Shown: piece after piece, positions 49,662-60,000 of the stretch
Layout of the letters: every line of letters begins with the position of its first letter
Numbering within the stretch: the first letter of the stretch is position 1
Source: Thermoplasmatota archaeon
Lineage (GTDB): Archaea > Thermoplasmatota > JAKEGO01
Assembly (NCBI GenBank): GCA_028279595.1
Contig: JANQNK010000004.1
Span: 128,001 to 192,000, forward strand
Direction of reading: 5' to 3'
Length of the DNA: 64,000 nt
Notes under the pieces: model-generated
The model's database searches: none
The model's input: the letters and a program-made list of their open reading frames with translations, nothing else
Told to the model about the DNA's origin: nothing
Program-made: the position numbers and the translations under genes

Positions 49662-50828
49662 TTGAAGATACACGAGTATCAGGCGAAGGAGCTTTTCAGG
49701 AAATACAGCATTCCCGTGCCGGACGGCAGGATAGCGACGACTGCCGCCGAGGCGCGCGCGATAGCCGAGGAGATAGGCGGACGGGTCATAGTAAAGGCAC
49801 AGATACATGCTGGAGGACGCGGAAAGGGGGGCGGTGTGAAGCTTGCCGCCGACGCGAACGAGGCCGAATCGCTTGCGGACCAGATCCTCGGGATGACACT
49901 CGTGACCCACCAGACCGGTCCCGATGGGAAGGTCGTGGGAAAGGTGCTCGTCGAGGCTGCGTCGAACATCGAGAGCGAGATGTACATCGCGTTCGTTCTC
50001 GACAGGGAGACGTCGCAGCTCGTGATAATCGCTTCCTCCGAGGGTGGCGTCGAGATCGAGAAGGTGGCAGCCGAGACCCCCGAGAAGATATTCAAGACCT
50101 GGGTGGACCCATCGGTAGGGCTCATGTCATACCAGGCCAGGGAGGTCTGCTTCGCCCTCGGGCTGAAGGGCCAGGCATTCAAGGACGGCGTCAAGGCCAT
50201 AACGAACCTTTACAGGTTGTACGAAGGTGAGGACGCGACGCTTGCCGAGATCAATCCGTTCATAGTTACATCGGAAGGGAACGCCATGGCGATCGACGCC
50301 AAGGTGAACCTGGACGACGACGCGGGATACAGACAGGCGGATCATGCCGAGCTCCGGGACCTCACGGAGGAGGAGCCGCTCGAGACCGAGGCGAAGAAGT
50401 TCGGACTGAACTACATCAAGCTCGACGGTTCGGTTGGATGCATGGTCAACGGCGCCGGGCTGGCAATGGCCACCATGGACCTCATCAAGCTCTGCGGGTC
50501 CGAGCCGGCGAACTTCCTGGACGTCGGAGGAGGGGCCTCCGCGGAGGGGGTCGAGAACGCGTTCAAGATACTCATGAGCGACGAGAACGTGAAATGCGTA
50601 CTGATCAACATATTCGGCGGCATCGTAAGGTGCGACCGCGTCGCACAGGGGGTCGTCGAGGCGATCAGGAACATCGGCCAGATCGATGTCCCGATCGTCG
50701 TCAGGCTGGAGGGAACGAACGCAGCGGAGGGACAGGCCATACTTGAGGAGTCCGGACTGGACTTCCATACCGTTGTCGGGTTCCAGGCAGCGGCTCAAAA
50801 GGCCGCCGACCTAGCGGGAGGTGACTGA
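49662..50828 (+). CDS. sucC: Succinyl-CoA synthetase beta subunit
   Basis: TTG start giving [12 protein letters not shown]. Motifs [35 protein letters not shown] and [10 protein letters not shown]. Confidence 0.97.
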   Translation: MKIHEYQAKELFRKYSIPVPDGRIATTAAEARAIAEEIGGRVIVKAQIHAGGRGKGGGVKLAADANEAESLADQILGMTLVTHQTGPDGKVVGKVLVEAASNIESEMYIAFVLDRETSQLVIIASSEGGVEIEKVAAETPEKIFKTWVDPSVGLMSYQAREVCFALGLKGQAFKDGVKAITNLYRLYEGEDATLAEINPFIVTSEGNAMAIDAKVNLDDDAGYRQADHAELRDLTEEEPLETEAKKFGLNYIKLDGSVGCMVNGAGLAMATMDLIKLCGSEPANFLDVGGGASAEGVENAFKILMSDENVKCVLINIFGGIVRCDRVAQGVVEAIRNIGQIDVPIVVRLEGTNAAEGQAILEESGLDFHTVVGFQAAAQKAADLAGGD

Positions 50829-50829
50829 G

Positions 50830-51702
50830 ATGGCCATACTGCTAACGGACGACACGAAGGCGATAGTCCAGGGCCTGGGAAAGGAGGGCCAGTTCCACAC
50901 CGAGAGGATGCTCGATTACGGGACGAAGCTCGTAGGCGGAGTACGCCCCGGCAAGGCTGGCGAGGACTGCCTCGGCCTGCCCGCGTTCAACACTGTGAAC
51001 GACGCCGTCGATGCGACCGGCGCGAATGCGTCGATCATCTTCGTCCCCGCGCGGTTCGCAAAGGACGCCGCCATCGAGGCCATCGACGCCGAACTGGACC
51101 TGGTGGTATTGATAACCGAGGGGATTCCGCCGATCGATATGATCAAGGTCAAGGACAAGCTGAAGCGGTCCGAGACCCACTTGATAGGACCCAACTGCCC
51201 CGGGATAATCACCCCTGGCGTCGGCAAGCTCGGTATCCTGCCCGTGGAGATCCATACACCCGGAGTCGCCGGGGTCATCTCGCGCTCGGGCACCCTGACC
51301 TACGAGGTCGCGGCCCAGCTGACGGCAGAGGGCATCGGACAGTCGACCTGTATGGGCATAGGCGGGGATCCGATAATCGGGACCAAGCACCGGGACGCAT
51401 TGGAGCTCTTCAACGACGACCCTGACACAGAGATCGTCATATTGATCGGAGAGATAGGAGGCACCGACGAGGAGCTCGCGGCCGAGTTCATCCGGAACCA
51501 CATGACGAAGCCAGTGGTCGCGTTCATCGCCGGAAGCACTGCGCCGCCAGGCAAGAGGATGGGCCACGCCGGAGCCATCATCGCCGGAGGCAAGGGCACT
51601 GCTGCAGAGAAGAAGGCTGCCTTGAGTGATGCTGGTGCAACGGTCTGCGATTCTCCTGCCGATGTCGGGGCAACCGCTAAGAAGGTCCTCGACGGTCTTT
51701 GA
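50830..51702 (+). CDS. sucD: Succinyl-CoA synthetase alpha subunit
   Basis: [20 protein letters not shown] and RMGHAGA. Confidence 0.97.
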   Translation: MAILLTDDTKAIVQGLGKEGQFHTERMLDYGTKLVGGVRPGKAGEDCLGLPAFNTVNDAVDATGANASIIFVPARFAKDAAIEAIDAELDLVVLITEGIPPIDMIKVKDKLKRSETHLIGPNCPGIITPGVGKLGILPVEIHTPGVAGVISRSGTLTYEVAAQLTAEGIGQSTCMGIGGDPIIGTKHRDALELFNDDPDTEIVILIGEIGGTDEELAAEFIRNHMTKPVVAFIAGSTAPPGKRMGHAGAIIAGGKGTAAEKKAALSDAGATVCDSPADVGATAKKVLDGL

Positions 51703-51706
51703 GGTC

Positions 51707-52021
51707 ATGTCAAGGATCGCCATAGCCTGCTACAGACCCAACGAAGGTTCTGAGAAGGAACTCATCGAACTGGTCAGAGTGCATTATCCATTGCTCAGGT
51801 CCCAGGACCTGGTCACGGACAGGGAACCCACCCTGATGAAGGCAGGGGACGGGACCATCCTCGAAGTGTTCGAATGGATAGGTGTCGAGGAAAAGGACAT
51901 GGCCCACAGCAATAAGGAGGTCATGGCCCTTTGGAACAGGTTCGACGAGATCTCGGAGAGCGTTCCATTGCTGGACCTGGCCGAGGCTAAGCACAAGTAC
52001 GCCAACTTCCAACCGTTGTGA
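51707..52021 (+). CDS. Small hypothetical protein (dimeric alpha-beta barrel/ABM-like)
   Basis: ATG 4 nt after the sucD stop, with a GAGGT RBS. IACYRP..G...EVFEW...AH pattern. Confidence 0.65.
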   Translation: MSRIAIACYRPNEGSEKELIELVRVHYPLLRSQDLVTDREPTLMKAGDGTILEVFEWIGVEEKDMAHSNKEVMALWNRFDEISESVPLLDLAEAKHKYANFQPL

Positions 52022-52025
52022 CGGA

Positions 52026-52340
52026 TCAGGACTCGTCCGGGGTATCTCCCTCGGCGGCTTCCTCGCCGCCCTCACCCTCGGCTTCGCCCTCGCCCTCTTC
52101 TCCCTCATCGGCCTCCTCGTCCTCGCCGGAGGCGGCCGCTTCCGCGGCTCTCTGCGCTTCGAGCGCTGCGAGCCTCGCCTTCTCCTTCTCCTCCTGCTCG
52201 TGGAGGGCTTTCTGTTCCGCAATGGCCTCCCTGGCATGGGCCGCGCTAGCCTTGGTCCTTCCACACTTCTTGCAGAATCCGGCATAGTTCAGGAACCGCA
52301 TCGTCCCACAGAGCTCGCATCGACCGTACGCCTTTGCCAT
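52026..52340 (-). CDS. Small zinc-ribbon protein with a helical middle and an acidic tail
   Basis: MAKAYGRCELCG...FCKKC (2x CxxC). AGGTG RBS before ATG 52340. Confidence 0.7.
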   Translation of the reverse strand: MAKAYGRCELCGTMRFLNYAGFCKKCGRTKASAAHAREAIAEQKALHEQEEKEKARLAALEAQRAAEAAASGEDEEADEGEEGEGEAEGEGGEEAAEGDTPDES

Positions 52341-52546
52341 ACGTGAACACCTACCGAGGGAAGGCGATAACGCCTGTCCGTCAATCCACGCCATTACACC
52401 CTCTCCTATTTATACGCATCGAGCAGAAAAAACCATGAATACAGCCAAGCCAGCACTCCCGAGGCGCGTTGACCCCTGACTCGGCCAGGGTCGAACGCCC
52501 CCGAAACCGTTTTATCGATTCCTGCTGTTAGACAACAGGGGATAGG

Positions 52547-53077
52547 ATGAAGGTCACGTTCGAAGGGATAGACATCGAGATAGTCCAGGGTAATATCGTC
52601 GCGCAGCCCGACCTGGACACGATCGTGAATGCCGCGAATGCGCAGCTCCGGATGGGCGGAGGCGTCGCCGGCGCGATCCATCGTGCCGCGGGATCAGGGC
52701 TGGAGCAGGAGTGCAGGCCGCTAGCGCCGATAACCCCCGGAGAAGCGGTGATAACGAGCGGCCACGATCTTCCGAACGCCCATGTGATTCACTGTCTGGG
52801 GCCGATCTACGGTCGGGACAAGCCTTCCGATGTTCTGTTGGCAGATTGTTACAGGAACGCGCTGAAAGTCGCCGACGAAAATGAGGTCGAATCCATAGGG
52901 TTCCCGGCGATCTCGACCGGGGCATTCGGCTATCCGCTCGAGGAGGCAGCGGAGGTAGCTCTAAGGGCTGTCAAACAGACCGTGCCGAACCTGAGCAAGG
53001 TCAAGACCATCAGGTTCGTCCTCTACGGAGATGACGTCCAACAGGTGCACGAACGGGCCATGGACAATATCTTCTGA
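52547..53077 (+). CDS. Macrodomain protein (O-acetyl-ADP-ribose deacetylase / ADP-ribosylhydrolase, MacroD/YmdB-like)
   Basis: IVNAAN..L.MGGGVAGAIHRAAG, VIHCLGP and FPAISTGAFGYP. Confidence 0.93.
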   Translation: MKVTFEGIDIEIVQGNIVAQPDLDTIVNAANAQLRMGGGVAGAIHRAAGSGLEQECRPLAPITPGEAVITSGHDLPNAHVIHCLGPIYGRDKPSDVLLADCYRNALKVADENEVESIGFPAISTGAFGYPLEEAAEVALRAVKQTVPNLSKVKTIRFVLYGDDVQQVHERAMDNIF

Positions 53078-53107
53078 AAAATGGGTGGGAGGGGGTTGAC
53101 CCCCCTC
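53078..53107. terminator. Hairpin between the convergent macrodomain and MerR genes
   Basis: gaggggg-ttgac-ccccctc, with an A/T run on the left side. Confidence 0.45.
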
Positions 53108-53951
53108 ACTCGACGGGTATCTGGATCTCGGAGAGCAGCTCCGATTCCGGAACTTCCTTCGGGTCGTTCAGGAAGAGCTCGCGGCTCGGGCCGTTCATCT
53201 TCAATCCCTCTCGGCTGATGTACTCCATCACGGCGGCGAATGCGGGTCCGACCTCCTCGTATGGACCCTTGTACAGGTACGAGACCATGCGACCACCGTC
53301 GAGGGTTTTGACCTCGTATCCCTCGCCTACGGTCACGTTCCCAGCGATCGGGATCGCGATCTCGATGTCGGCGTCCTCCGCCTTCTCCTCGTCGTCGTGG
53401 CAGATGAACATCGGCGGACCGGTCACGCGGACCTGGGCCCTCTGGTTCTCGGGACTGAAGAGCATCCCGAAGGACTGCTTCATCAGACGCGGGATCGTCT
53501 CCTCGTAGGTCCCGATCTCCCTTATGCTCACGACTCTCTGGCTTGGCACTTCCTTTATGCAGGGTTCGTTCTTCTCCATGTTCAATACCTCCAAGAAGCT
53601 CCTCCGGAGCAACGATCCCCTTATCTTCTCGAGCCGGGCGATGTCGCCATCGATGGCCTCGATCCGTTCCAGTAGCAACTCGTTCAGCCGTTCCTCGCGC
53701 CTCTCCTCGGGGCACTCCTCGAGGATGTCCATTATCTCCTTCATCTCAGGGATTCCGAAGCCGAGGTTCGCCAGCCGCTTGATGCGGATACCCTTCGCCA
53801 TCTGCGAGAACGAGTAGAGCCTGTACCCGGTTATCTCTCGCTTGATCGGGTGCAGCAGACCCTTCTCGTCGTACAACCGCAGGGCGCGCTTCGTGAGCCG
53901 TGTCACGACGGAGAACGTTCCGATACCGATGCTCCTGTCATCGTCCGACAT
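53106..53951 (-). CDS. MerR-family transcriptional regulator with a GyrI-like effector domain
   Basis: IGTFS......RALRLYDEKGLL.P...GYRLYS HTH, a coiled coil, and a GyrI-like C-terminus (YKGPYEE, GPSRELFLNDP). Confidence 0.93.
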   Translation of the reverse strand: MSDDDRSIGIGTFSVVTRLTKRALRLYDEKGLLHPIKREITGYRLYSFSQMAKGIRIKRLANLGFGIPEMKEIMDILEECPEERREERLNELLLERIEAIDGDIARLEKIRGSLLRRSFLEVLNMEKNEPCIKEVPSQRVVSIREIGTYEETIPRLMKQSFGMLFSPENQRAQVRVTGPPMFICHDDEEKAEDADIEIAIPIAGNVTVGEGYEVKTLDGGRMVSYLYKGPYEEVGPAFAAVMEYISREGLKMNGPSRELFLNDPKEVPESELLSEIQIPVE

Positions 53952-54024
53952 GGGGACCGGATAGCGATTATGGCTCTTATACTTTAATCGCCGGAGTCTG
54001 ACGCGGGTGAGGTTCTGACTCGGG

Positions 54025-57000
54025 TCAAGGTTCCTTTTGGTCCTCCGGGTCCTCGTCCCCCTCCTTCATCTCGTCATCAGGCCCTGATTTCGGCTCTTGA
54101 TCTTCGGATCCCTCCTCGGGTTCGGGATCCTCCTTGACCTCCTCCTCGGGCTCTGGTTCAGGCTCCTGTTCCTCGGAATCGGGGTCATCGGTCTCGGGTT
54201 CCTCGTCGTCCTCTGGTTCAGATCCCTCTGGCTCCTCTGAAGGTTCCTTTGTCCAAAACGGCCGTCCGAGCATCTGATTGAGAAGGATGATCAGGAGCAG
54301 TATTATCACGATGATGAGCAGGATCGTGTTGGGGTCGCCTCCATCATCGTCGTCGTCCGAGACTCCAGCGATGTCATCGCTCATTGCCTCGATCGCATCG
54401 TCAAGGTCCTCGAGCTCGGTCAAGATGGTTTCGACGTTGGAGATCCCCGCTAGGCTTGTGTTGATCTCGTCCAGGCGAGTCTCGATCTCGGCTTCGAGAG
54501 CGCCGATGGATGCCATGATGCTCGTGATGTTGGCGTCCGTTTCGGCGAATCCAGTGGACATATCGCCAAGGACGATGCTGATGTTGGTGAGTGATTCGGT
54601 GTCGAGCGAGTCGAGCAGCGACGACAGGGTTGCAATGTCCGAAAGAAGGTCAGCGCTGACGTTCCCCTGGTCCTCGGCATGTTGCTCGAGATCGGCCGCG
54701 AGGGCGGTCAAGGAAGTGTCCAGATCGGCGTAGGAGGAGGTCAGTAGAGTGTCCAGGTCACCGAGTGCCTGATGCAAAGACATGTTGGCCGAGCTGAGGT
54801 TCTGCTCGAGTTGTCCAAGGACCGTTTCCAGCCAAAGTTGGAGATCGGCCTGACCCGAGACGTTCAGGGAAGCGATCTCGGCCGCAAGCGAGTTGTTCAT
54901 CATGGCCATGAACGCTGTCAGATTGACCTCGGTCTGAGCCAATCGTGAACTGATCGAGCTGCCAACAACGTCTATGTCAGTGGACAGGCCGTCGAGCAGG
55001 CCAGTGAGGGAAGTATTCAGGCCGCCGAGGGCGGCATCAAGGTCGGATATGCTGGCATCGACGACGTCAAGTCTTGACACGACGGTCGTCAGGTTCCCCA
55101 GGATCTCTCCAAGGTCCATTCCGACGCTCGCGTTCATCCCCTCGATGTATGTGCGGAGGTCGAGTATGGTCTGGTTCAGGTACGCGAGCTGGTCGTCGAT
55201 GTCCTGGAGCTCGTCGGCGCGTCCCTTCTTCGTCACCTCGAAGTAGGTCCAGTTCGTGGAGTTCCATATCAACGATGTGCCGTTGTATCCGAACGCCTCG
55301 ACGGTTACGTTATACATCCCGAGGGGGGCGTGGCTGTATATTGGCAATCCGATGATGTGGGTCGTGTTGATGGAAAGACCGCTCTTGTGGGCCTCGAGGG
55401 TCGTTCCGTTCGGGTCGGTGTAGCTGACGACGAGCTCGAGGTTGTCGTAGGACGGTGCTGCGACCGTCCCGATGGTGATGGTGGCGGTGTCGTCCGGCTT
55501 GTACGTGGAGCGAAGTGCATCTACGAGGAGGTAGTCTCCGGCCATGACCTGATTGTTCACGTACAGATCGATCGATACGGAGACGATCCCGCCGATGTCG
55601 AGAACGGCATCGACGCGCAACGGCACCTTCGAGTCCTCGGTGAACCCAGAGGTGTTGACAAGATACCGATACGGGGATACGGGGTCGGATCCGACGTATG
55701 TTCCGTCGAGGTAGAGCCGGACCTCGCTAACCGCCCAGGTGGTCACCACTTCGAACACTTCCATTCCTTCGATGTAATCTCCGTTCGAATGGCTCGTGAT
55801 GGCGATCTTGCCGCTGGGAGGTTCGTCCAGTTTGAGGACGAGTGGATAGACGTCCTGCCCGCCATGGAACACATATGGCGTGTCGCCGATGGTGTCGCCG
55901 CCGCTGATGTCCTGGTCTGGCCCTGAAAGATAGTCGCCGCCGGGATAATCGTCCCAGTGGTTGCCGCCGCTCGGATATGAGAGGTTCCAGATGTTCCGGG
56001 CGGTCTGATAAGCGCCGATAGCGTTGTCGAAGAATTCGTTGTGATATACCATATTTCCGGATTGGTTCAAGAACTGGATGCCGATGTCGTTGTCCCTGAT
56101 CTCGTTGTAAATGATCGTGTTCTCTCCAACGTCGGGACCCCACATACAGATCTCATAGTCGCCATCCTCGAATCTGCCCCATACTATCTGGCCGGCGTTG
56201 TTGATCCTTGGCGATTGGTCGGAAAGATTGTTGTCTGTCAATTGTTCGACCCTGGATCCCCTCCATAGGAAGATCTCCCAGCCATCTCCGTCATTTCCCA
56301 TCCACACGATCTCCCCGGCCGAATTGATCTTGGGACTGGCGTCAATGAAGGTATTATCGGATATCTGTTTGACCTTCTTCCCGTTCCAGAAGTATATCTC
56401 AAGGTCGGAACCGTCCGAACCATACCACGTGATCTCGCCAGCATCGTTCAAACTTGGATTATAACCGCCTCCGGTGCCGTCCGTCACCTGGATGACCGCG
56501 GAACCGTTCCAGAAGAAGATCTGATCATAGTTCCCATCAGAGGCCTGCCATACGACCTGCCCGGCATCGTTGATCCGATGATTGATCTCGGCAAATGAGT
56601 CGTTCGTTAGCTGTAGGGTCCCCGTTCCGTTCCACAGGAAGAGATCGGTATTGTTACCGGACCTACTGGACCAAACAATATCCCCGGCCGAGTTGATCTG
56701 TGGATCCGTATCGTGACGACTGTTGTTGCTGACGTTTGTCACCGATATTCCATCCCAGAAATAGATCTCTTCGTCATTTCCATCATTACCGACCCAGGCG
56801 ACCTCGCCCGCTGAGTTGATCTGGGGTCGCGAGTCATTGTACGGGTTGGCGGAGATGTTCTGGGTGTTTTCGCCATCCCAGACGTATATATCGTAATCGT
56901 AGCCGTTCCACTTAACCCATAGGACCTCCCCCCTCGCATTGATCTGAGGTGGAGAATCGGTCTGGACGCCAACGAGAGGGTCAGCCGTTGAGCCATTCCA

Positions 57001-60000
57001 ATGGAAGATGCCGTAATAACCAACGCCGACGTTCTTCAGCCAGACGACCTCCCCTGAGGGATTGATACTTGGCATGGTGTCATTGTATTGATCATCGGTA
57101 AGATAATCGATCCTGTCCAGATCGCCTTTGATACCTACGTTGTTCGAGGCCACGAGGTTGTTGGTGATCCGGTTCGAGCTAGAACCTCTGAGGATCGACA
57201 CGCCGTCCCCCTCCCCGGAATGGATCGTGTTGTTGGTGATGGTGTTGTTCCATGCTGCGAACAGCTTGATCCCTGACTCGCCGAATGATGAGATATTGTT
57301 GTGTTCTATCAGGTTACTCGAAGATGTATCGATGTAGATCCCGAACTCGGAATTACCGTTCAGATGGTTCTGGGTGATCAGATTATGCCTTGAACTCGTG
57401 GAAAGTTTGATCCCTCCAACGTTGTCCGATGCATTGTTACGGTAGACAATTGTGTGGTTCATCTCCCAGAGATGGACCCCCGAAAGGGAATTTCCGAAAA
57501 GGGTGTTTTCCGAGATGTTGATCCCATTGCAGAAGTGGACGGATATCCCGGCCCGGTTTCGACCCATGGTGTTGTTCATGATCGTGATGTTGTTCCCTTC
57601 GTTGGAACCGATACCAGAGTTACCGTTGAAGTATCCCTCGTTATCGGCGATCGTGATGTTGTCTGAACCACTGGAGTATATTCCATCATAGTAGTTCTCG
57701 GTACAATTGTTGTCAGATATCGTGATGTTATGGGTCACGAAGATACCTATGCCCCACCAGCTACCGATCGCCGTGTTGTTGATCAGATCGGTGTGGTTCG
57801 CGTATGCCAGGGTGATGCCATAGAAGTAATTGTCAGTGACAATATTGTCTTCGATACTGTTATTCTCACATATGCGCACATTTATCCCATAGCCATCGTT
57901 CGAACCCAACTGGTTCCCACGTACGGTATTGTTCGAGGAAGCAAGATGGATCCCGTGACCAACGTTCCAGTTGACGATGTTGTCAGAGATCTCGAGATGG
58001 TGCGACGATTCGCGCACGTGGATCCCATCACCGCTTGAAGAGAGGATCGTATTGCCATCGATGTCGTTGTAGGGCGATTCATCCAGATCCACCCCATAAC
58101 CCGAATTGTTGTTCAGGTAGTTTCCAGATAATGTGTTGTTGCTGGAACGGATGGTTAGGTTGATAGCGGTTTCGGAATTTGACCATAGGTCATTATCAGC
58201 GATGGTGTTCTCGCTGACGAAAGCGAGATAAATCCCGTTGCTGTTACCACTCACGTTGTTGCCAGATATCAAGTTGCCGAAGCAGTTAGTGGAAAGAGAG
58301 ATGCCGTCATTTTTATTGGAAAGGACTGTATTGTTGACGATGGTTCCGTTGCTGCATGTATTCAGATATATGCCATCATCGTCATTCGAGGAGATATCGT
58401 TCCACATGATGTTGGTGTCTGAAAAGTATAGGAGGATACCGACATTGTTCGAATTCACAGTATTGTTCAGTATGTAAATGTCAGATGCGTGCCACAAGTG
58501 GATCCCGTGGTCTCCGTTCGAGCTGATATCGTTGTTCGTGATATTGTTCCGGTCACAGGATGTCATGACATAGATGCCTTTTTCGATGTTCGAACCCACG
58601 GTGTTGTTGATGATGGTATTGTTCGTGGAACCGAACATCATGTAGATGCCGTGTTGTTTGCTCTCATTGATCGTGTTGTTGGAGATCACGTTCCAGGAAG
58701 CATTGATGAGGTATATGCCATGACGTTGATTGACGCTCACATTGTTGTTGATGATCGTGTTGTTGACGGAATCGGAGACATGGATGCCGTCATCACCGTT
58801 CGCGTTCCAGGTATTGTTATCGATGGTGTTGTTGTTCGATCCATCTAGCCATATGCCAACACCGCCCCCTACGCTCGCACCGTTGTCTCGTATCTCGTTG
58901 TCGTGTGAGTTCTCGATATAGACTCCCATCCAGTTGATGTTCGCTGTGTTGTTTTGAACTGTAATGCGCTCGCACCATGAGAGCTCTATCCCTCTCCGAT
59001 TCCCCATTGCGCTGTTCCAACCAATGACAACCTCGGTCGAGTTGTCCACCGATATACCTGACCTATGCATACCCACATTGTTGTCGAAGACATCGATATC
59101 GGTTGAATATCCGATGATGATCCCTCTCACGTTCGCTGTGACGCTATTGTTGTAAAGGTCGGCGTCTTCAGTATCATTGAGATAGATGCCCATTCCATTG
59201 TAGAACACCATGTTGTCGGAGACGTTCACATCGGTCGAGTTCAACATGCGTATAGCCCACTGAGAGTAGAGCACAAGGTTCCCGCTCACGAAGTGGCCGG
59301 TGCCCCCGGGTACATCGATCGCTGTCCTGTTCCCGCTGAAAGTCGAGTTGATGATCCTGGCTGAGTCACCGACGACCCGCAATGCCAGCTTGCTGCCGGT
59401 TATCTCAGAGTCCTCGACGGTCAGATTATCACCCTGGACCCTCACTCCAATGTCGGCAGCCAGGCTGTCGAGGAAATAGACATCGTATACGCCTGATCTA
59501 TTGTCCACCCACACCACATCGTCATTGTTGTTGATCTTGTGATACCAGCCATGGGAATTCGCCGCCGAGACGTTGACGACAGAGTTGCCGTCCCACACAC
59601 GGATGACGGCTGTCGTTGTGGTGTACTCCCTCCACGCGATCCGTCCATTGTCGTTCAGGATCGGTTCTTGAAGATTGGGCCCATACGTGGTGATGATGGA
59701 GGTGGAATAGTCACCGTTCCAGTACATGATATCGGATATATCGGGAGCCATCCACGCCCGCCATGCCACCTCTCCGTTGTTGTTGATGCTGGGATTGAGG
59801 TTGAGGATGCCGTTGGCACTGATGTTGCGGACCGAGTTCCCATCCCAGAGCCAGATCTGATAGATAGTGCTGTAGTCATCCCTCCAGACGACCTGGCCGG
59901 CATCATTCAAATCGATCTGGCTATCATGTTCGGTCGATTTTCCCATGATCCGTATTGAGGTGCCATTCCACAGGAACACGTCGTTGCTGGCATTGTTCAT

